From Octopus sinensis (Eukaryota), in NCBI RefSeq assembly GCF_006345805.1, contig NC_042999.1, positions 143,468,001 through 143,532,000 on the forward strand: 64,000 nucleotides of DNA, read 5' to 3'. Below are positions 58,596 to 64,000 of this stretch, piece by piece. Numbering within the stretch: position 1 is the first letter of the stretch; the number at the start of each line of letters is the position of its first letter. A program made the translations under genes and the position numbers. Under the pieces are notes generated by a model. It ran no database searches. It worked only from the letters and a program-made list of their open reading frames with translations, and was not told the DNA's origin.

Positions 58596-58715
58596 TCAAA
58601 TCTGACAGCTGTTTCGGCAGCGAGGGCAGTCATACCTCATTTAACCTATAAGCCATAAAGGCAGGTATAAATGAGGCATTAACAAGGATGCCCCACGGCC
58701 TCTTCAGAGAATTAA
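58596..58715 (-). ncRNA. Type I hammerhead ribozyme with 85-nt stem II
   Basis: UUAAUUCU-CUGAAGA-GGC[...]GCC-GAAA-C(AGCU)G-UC-AGAUUUGA; predicted cleavage between 58604 and 58603. Confidence 0.88.
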
Positions 58716-59058
58716 ATTTGTTATAATTGTGAAAAAGATTTATCCATATACATATAAATATAAAAATATAAAAATGTAAAATATAAAAACTTATGCATAA
58801 ACTTCATAATGCTATACTTATATAATATAATACTCATTGGTACAATAATGCAAGGTAAACAGAACAAAATAAAACAAAATATATATCAGTGTATATATTA
58901 ATATTAATAAGCACATTTATTATACATATTTGGCTAATAGTTTTTTAAAAAAACTAACACATAGGGAGATGAAAAATAATAATTAAAATAATAATTAAAA
59001 CCATGGTTCAGTTCATAAAATTATAAAGCTATAAAAGTCAATAAAAATTACTATTAAT

Positions 59059-59116
<58 letters not shown>

Positions 59117-60764
59117 GATACAGTTATGTTTGCACCAAGTCCATCCTTTCAAGATCGAAATAACTATGAGTTTAGAAATGCTGACCACTAGGTAATGATA
59201 ATTTAGATTAATTTAGATTAATTCGATTGGCTAGTAGTTTGAAATTTAAATCACAAAAGAAATTATACGGTTGGTTAGTCAAGGAACGCCAATATTCACA
59301 CGCGCATCCACAGATCAATCGCACATACATACATAATTATATGTATACACATACACTTATACACATACATAACCACAAGCAACAACTAGCACAAAGATAA
59401 ACAAAAAGGGAAGCAACTATGCTGCCATTTAGTCCTTCAAAATTATAACTATGCCTCAAATAACAAAAAAGATCCCCTCATGCATTTCATACAATATTTA
59501 ATTTAAAGATAGAAATATATTTTTAAATATCAGTATGTTACGATGTCAGATACTATTTCATTGGGTAACTTAAAATTTATAACACCGGTTTGTTGCATAG
59601 TAAACATACGGTTGTTAGATTTACCGTAAGTTTGTTATGATTCCAAGTACGCTAAGTTATAAAATATAAAATATATATTAAAAATATATCTCTTATTTAC
59701 TTAATAAATTTAATGCCATAATATACCAGATTAGGCATTAAATAATATCAACAAGGGGAAGTACTAATGCAAACGCATATGAGAACATCACAGAAATTTT
59801 TTTAAAATTTATATATTATAAATACTTAAGATAAAATGTGATAAAATAAATAAGAAGGAATAAATACGGTTACACAATATTATAAGTACAAACCAGTATA
59901 TATGTATTCATATATTATTAAAATAAAATAAAAATAAATGATAGATATGTATGTATAAAACTACACTTGTATAAGTAAATAAGTAAAAATAAATAGATAA
60001 CAAATTAGATGACTTGATATGTATGTAAAAATCTACACTTAAATAAGCAAATAAATAAATAATTAGAAGACTAAATGCAGAGATTGATAACATTACAATA
60101 AAATAAAAAAATAAATAAAGTGAATATATATGTTATATTGATGAAAGTAAATATGTATGGAAGGATAATTTAAAGTACAGATCCAGAGGACTATAGATAT
60201 AAACTAAATATATAAGGCTGGTAATATTTATAAAGCCCAATGTATGTAAATGAAAAAAATGGAAAAGGTTTATTAGTAAATAGCATAAGATACAAATTAA
60301 GGTGAGTACAAAGAAAGACCAAATATACAATATAAACCTGCCAAATAAACACATACAAAAAACCTATATTCTCAACCTAAACAAACCAAACTCATAAAAG
60401 GCTCTCATATATTACATATTATACAATAGCATTACATTATCTAGAGCTAGGTATCTAACCAAGATATACATATATACTATGCAATATTAGAAAACTTCAA
60501 AAATCACATATTACAAGGCAAATACCAAAATGAATATGTTATTTCATGTCATATTGCATTTCCCTTAAAAAACAAACAAAAACCCACATAAAAAAACAAG
60601 AAACAAATAATACTAGACACATCTATTATTATTATACAAATGTAGCTATAAAAATTATAAAATTATAAATTTATAAGTTGCATACTTTAGAATTATAGAA
60701 GACCACTGGTATAGTTAGTTATAGAAGGGAGTTAAAAAATTATTAATAGTGGAAGTGCTAAGTT

Positions 60765-63608
60765 CTATTTGAATCTAGAAAAGGTGAACGGTAGTCTATG
60801 AATGCAAAAGAAGTTTTTTTCATTTATGTTGTTAATAATTTGCCGACCCGCTTTAATAATGAAAAAAATTTCATTAATACATAGAGAGCATTTTTTATTT
60901 TTTCCATTATACACAGGTGCTGAAGTTAGTATTTTCCAGTTTAATCTAAAATCTAAGTTCTTACTTTTAAGTTCCCAGATGTATGCACTTAGCCCTGTAG
61001 AGTACATTCTATTTTTATTTCTAAAAGTATATCTGTGATAATTCAATCTCTGTTTTATGCTATTCATAGTTGCCCCGATGTACACCCTACTACTCAACTG
61101 TGTATCTACAGTGCATTGGTAAACTACTTCCTTCCTGAGGCATTGATTACCAAACACACATTTATTTCTGTTTCTGAAATTACAAAGATTAACAGAATGA
61201 GGTAATCTAAGATTGGTCCCCACCCCTGTACTACCATTCACATTATAAGTGTTACAATTGTTATCATCATCCAAACCCAAAATCAACGAATGAGTTAATT
61301 TCACATTATTGGCTATATTCCTATCACTAGTACTAGTATTGGTAGTAGTAGTATCATCTATTACATTTATATTATCTCTAGCAGGTACGGTGCACTCATT
61401 ATTAGTAAGGGGGTTGTTCACATTAGTTCCAAGAAAGTTTCTGTTCCTATTATTATAAAAGAGGGGCAAATTTCCATTGTCTAAATTCAATTTTCTATCC
61501 TTATAGAAGTGATCCAGTTTCCTGTTATTAAAAGAGGAGATAATGGTGGCTAGATTATGAGTAATGCTATATCCCACTCTAACAGTACCGTTGTTAATTA
61601 AAGGACTAAATTTATTCTTATCCTTACCAAAATGCCTAAATATAACATTATGCAAAGCTCTCACTATGTTTGTTTTAATCTGCATTGCATATGGGATAAT
61701 CAACCAGAGTGTATCCTTATCAGGATTAGGATTGCCTATAGAATTATTGTTATTTGTAAAAATCCTATTCCTAGACCAACCCATAAGTTTACTATTCTTA
61801 CCACTGTCATTGTTATATCTATCTATATCAATATTCCCATGATTATTGCGCAAGTAAACTTTACCATTATCATGTCTACCATAAGTTTTAATATGTATAT
61901 TATTATTAATATTACTACTATTACCCGTTTGTTCAGATCTATTTGAGCTACCGTTCACCTTTCCGAGGTTAACATCACTTCTACAATTATTATAGGTGTT
62001 ATCATATATTCTATTTTTACTATTCTTATGTTTATTGTTGTTTATCCTAAATCTATTGGTGTTGTTCCTAATAGTTCTACCTCCATTAGGAGGATTCCCC
62101 TTAGGTATAAACCATATCTTACTTTTGTATCCTGCCTTAAGCAATGCTGCATTGTATCTATCACAATGCTTGTTAAAAATTTCCTCGTTAGAGGATAAAC
62201 TAGAAATTCTCTGACTAATGCTACGCACTAGTGCATTTTTAATTTGAAGGGGGTGATTACTTGAACGGTTAATATATATTAGGTTAGAATTAGGTTTAAT
62301 ATAAGGTTCATGTAATCAATTAGTAATGTTACAATTAACATCTAAATAATTAGCAGAATAATTTTCACTTTCAATGATAATGGATAGGCCGAAACTTTTT
62401 AAAAATTTATTTATTCTTTTTTTCAGAAGATCTAATCTCCTATTAGATGTATTCTTAACACAAAATAAGGCGTCATCCCTGTACAATCCACCTTTTAATT
62501 CAGGGAATTCCCTACTAAAGTTATCTAATAGATACATCCCAACTAGATCAGTCACCTCCGCCGAGTCCGGCGATCCCATTGTGATATCGAACAAGTTGGG
62601 TGTGTCCTTTCTAGCCCAAAGTTTATTATCAAACTCTATTAAAGTTTTCCTGGCTGTTAATATAACCTTAATCTCCCCCATACTTAATTTAGTGTGTTTT
62701 CTAGCAAAAATTAAGGACTTATTTAATATAATAGGGTTAATGGAAGTGTAATAATTCTCTATATCAAATTGGATGAATTTATTTCTATTATAGCTAAAGT
62801 TGTTATTGTCACAGACCTTAATGGCAGAAAACCAATCCAAAGCACCCTGAGTATTCTTCCAAAGGTTTAGTTTGATTTTACTGCGGATGGTGGGTAGATA
62901 TTTGTCTAGAATGAGTTTGCTTAGTCTGCCTAAGTCAGATTTAGTGGGGCAAATTAATCTGACCTGTGTGTTTCCAAGAAAGTTCTCTTTATGATCCTTT
63001 AGTGTAATTCTCGGTCTAGTTGGGGTGTAAGGTTCCGTTTTTTCTTCTAGGTAGTAGTCAAATATAATTTCTCTGATCTCCAGGTTCAGTTTTCTAAGTG
63101 TACTAGAAGGTACTACTTTGTATTTCTTGGTTATTTCTTTGTGTAGAAGATCATGATATGTAGGAATGTCAATATTGTAGATGTTGCTGGTTTTGTCAGA
63201 ATGTGTTAGAATGCCGCTCTTACCTTTGAGAGTTCTAATTAAATCTTTCAATTCCCTTCGGTGCGGGTTATATCTTAAAGGATGATTTCTAAATTTTATG
63301 TTTTTTATAGTCTCCCATAGTTCTTGTTCAAAATTGTCTAGATGTATATTTGGTGGAGGAGACTTCCTAGATTTAAATGCAGTGCCTGTTAATTTTAATA
63401 TTTCTTCATAGGTACTTCCAATTCCATTACGGATCGTTTCCCCAGTATGTTGTTGGTTTATTTTTTTGTTATAGTTCTCATGGTGGAAAATCCTCCATCT
63501 GATCCTGTGGATGAATTCATTAATTCTATAAATTAGCTCTTTAGTGTAATGGTCTTTGGTAGGGATAGGTACATCCTTCATTGATGAATTGATCAGTATT
63601 TTCTCCAT
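60765..63608 (-). pseudogene. PLE RT-GIY-YIG polyprotein, 947 codons with one in-frame TGA at 62316-62318
   Basis: RT motifs QFDIENYY, ITMGSPDS, LYRDDA; thumb KPN..YI..SSNHP; VVY..YIG, KQR, CSLC..E, N, C.H. ORF-track pieces 62316..63629 and 60765..62228 are in the same frame; first ATG at 63608. Confidence 0.93.
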
Positions 63609-63920
63609 TCTTCTCGCAGTAATGATCAAGGAGGAACAAATATACTACACTAGGGTGTATTCACATGCACTATTAATACTTAAATCAATAAATGGATGCT
63701 TCTATTACACCAGTATGAGCAATTCAGGTTCCTCAAAAGATAAATTTAGGTTATAAAATGAGATAGGGGTTGAAAATTCAACCCACCATGGGATAATATA
63801 TATCCAATATACTGCTAGATAGGTACCCAACAAGACTAATACATAGATGTTAAAAATTGCCAAACAATCAGTTCATCTATTGTATTATATGGGTAAAGGT
63901 AATAATATTACCGTAAATTA

Positions 63921-64000
63921 ATACTACAAAATTAGAAAATGGAGAAACATACTTAAATCAATAAAACATCAACTATCAGATGATACCCAATCAATACTTT
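63921..64000 (-). repeat. Pseudo-LTR / 3' end of an upstream tandem copy (runs off the window)
   Basis: 80/80 identity to 58412-58491. Confidence 0.95.

Larger units (their letters stand above)
58412..63920 (-). mobile_element. Near-intact Penelope-like retroelement, 5509-bp unit, followed upstream by a direct repeat of its 3' end
   Basis: RT + GIY-YIG frame; 58412-58491 identical to 63921-64000; 3' end abuts (TA)n. Confidence 0.95.

Noticed and set aside
60802-63756. Plus-strand ORFs overlapping the PLE
   Set aside because: Antisense shadows of the PLE coding frame with no motifs.

Overview
AT-rich, microsatellite-saturated animal genomic DNA made up almost entirely of repeats. The tRNA-derived SINE families and simple-repeat style look like an octopus/coleoid cephalopod genome (my recognition, not verified). 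There is no intact host gene, only a few candidate exons. Content: two SINE families (one often in 2-3-unit arrays), CR1/L2-type, RLE-type (R4/NeSL-like) and Tx1-like LINE fragments, Tc1/mariner relics, non-autonomous Helitrons, an Academ-like relic and several Penelope-like elements (PLEs). The main discoveries are RNA-level. (1) A near-intact 5.5-kb PLE (58412-63920, minus strand) with an RT + GIY-YIG reading frame broken by one in-frame TGA, two >100-aa Asn-rich insertions, an identical direct terminal repeat and a canonical hammerhead ribozyme with an 85-nt stem II. (2) A near-perfect 325-bp fold-back (27027-27351) that carries a complete hammerhead on each strand. (3) A four-copy family of minimal hammerhead-like motifs with a shared non-canonical core (CUGU(A/U/C)G instead of CUGANGA). 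(4) A decayed long-stem-II hammerhead inside an inverted-repeat PLE relic. All ribozyme folds were made by eye and have not been tested.
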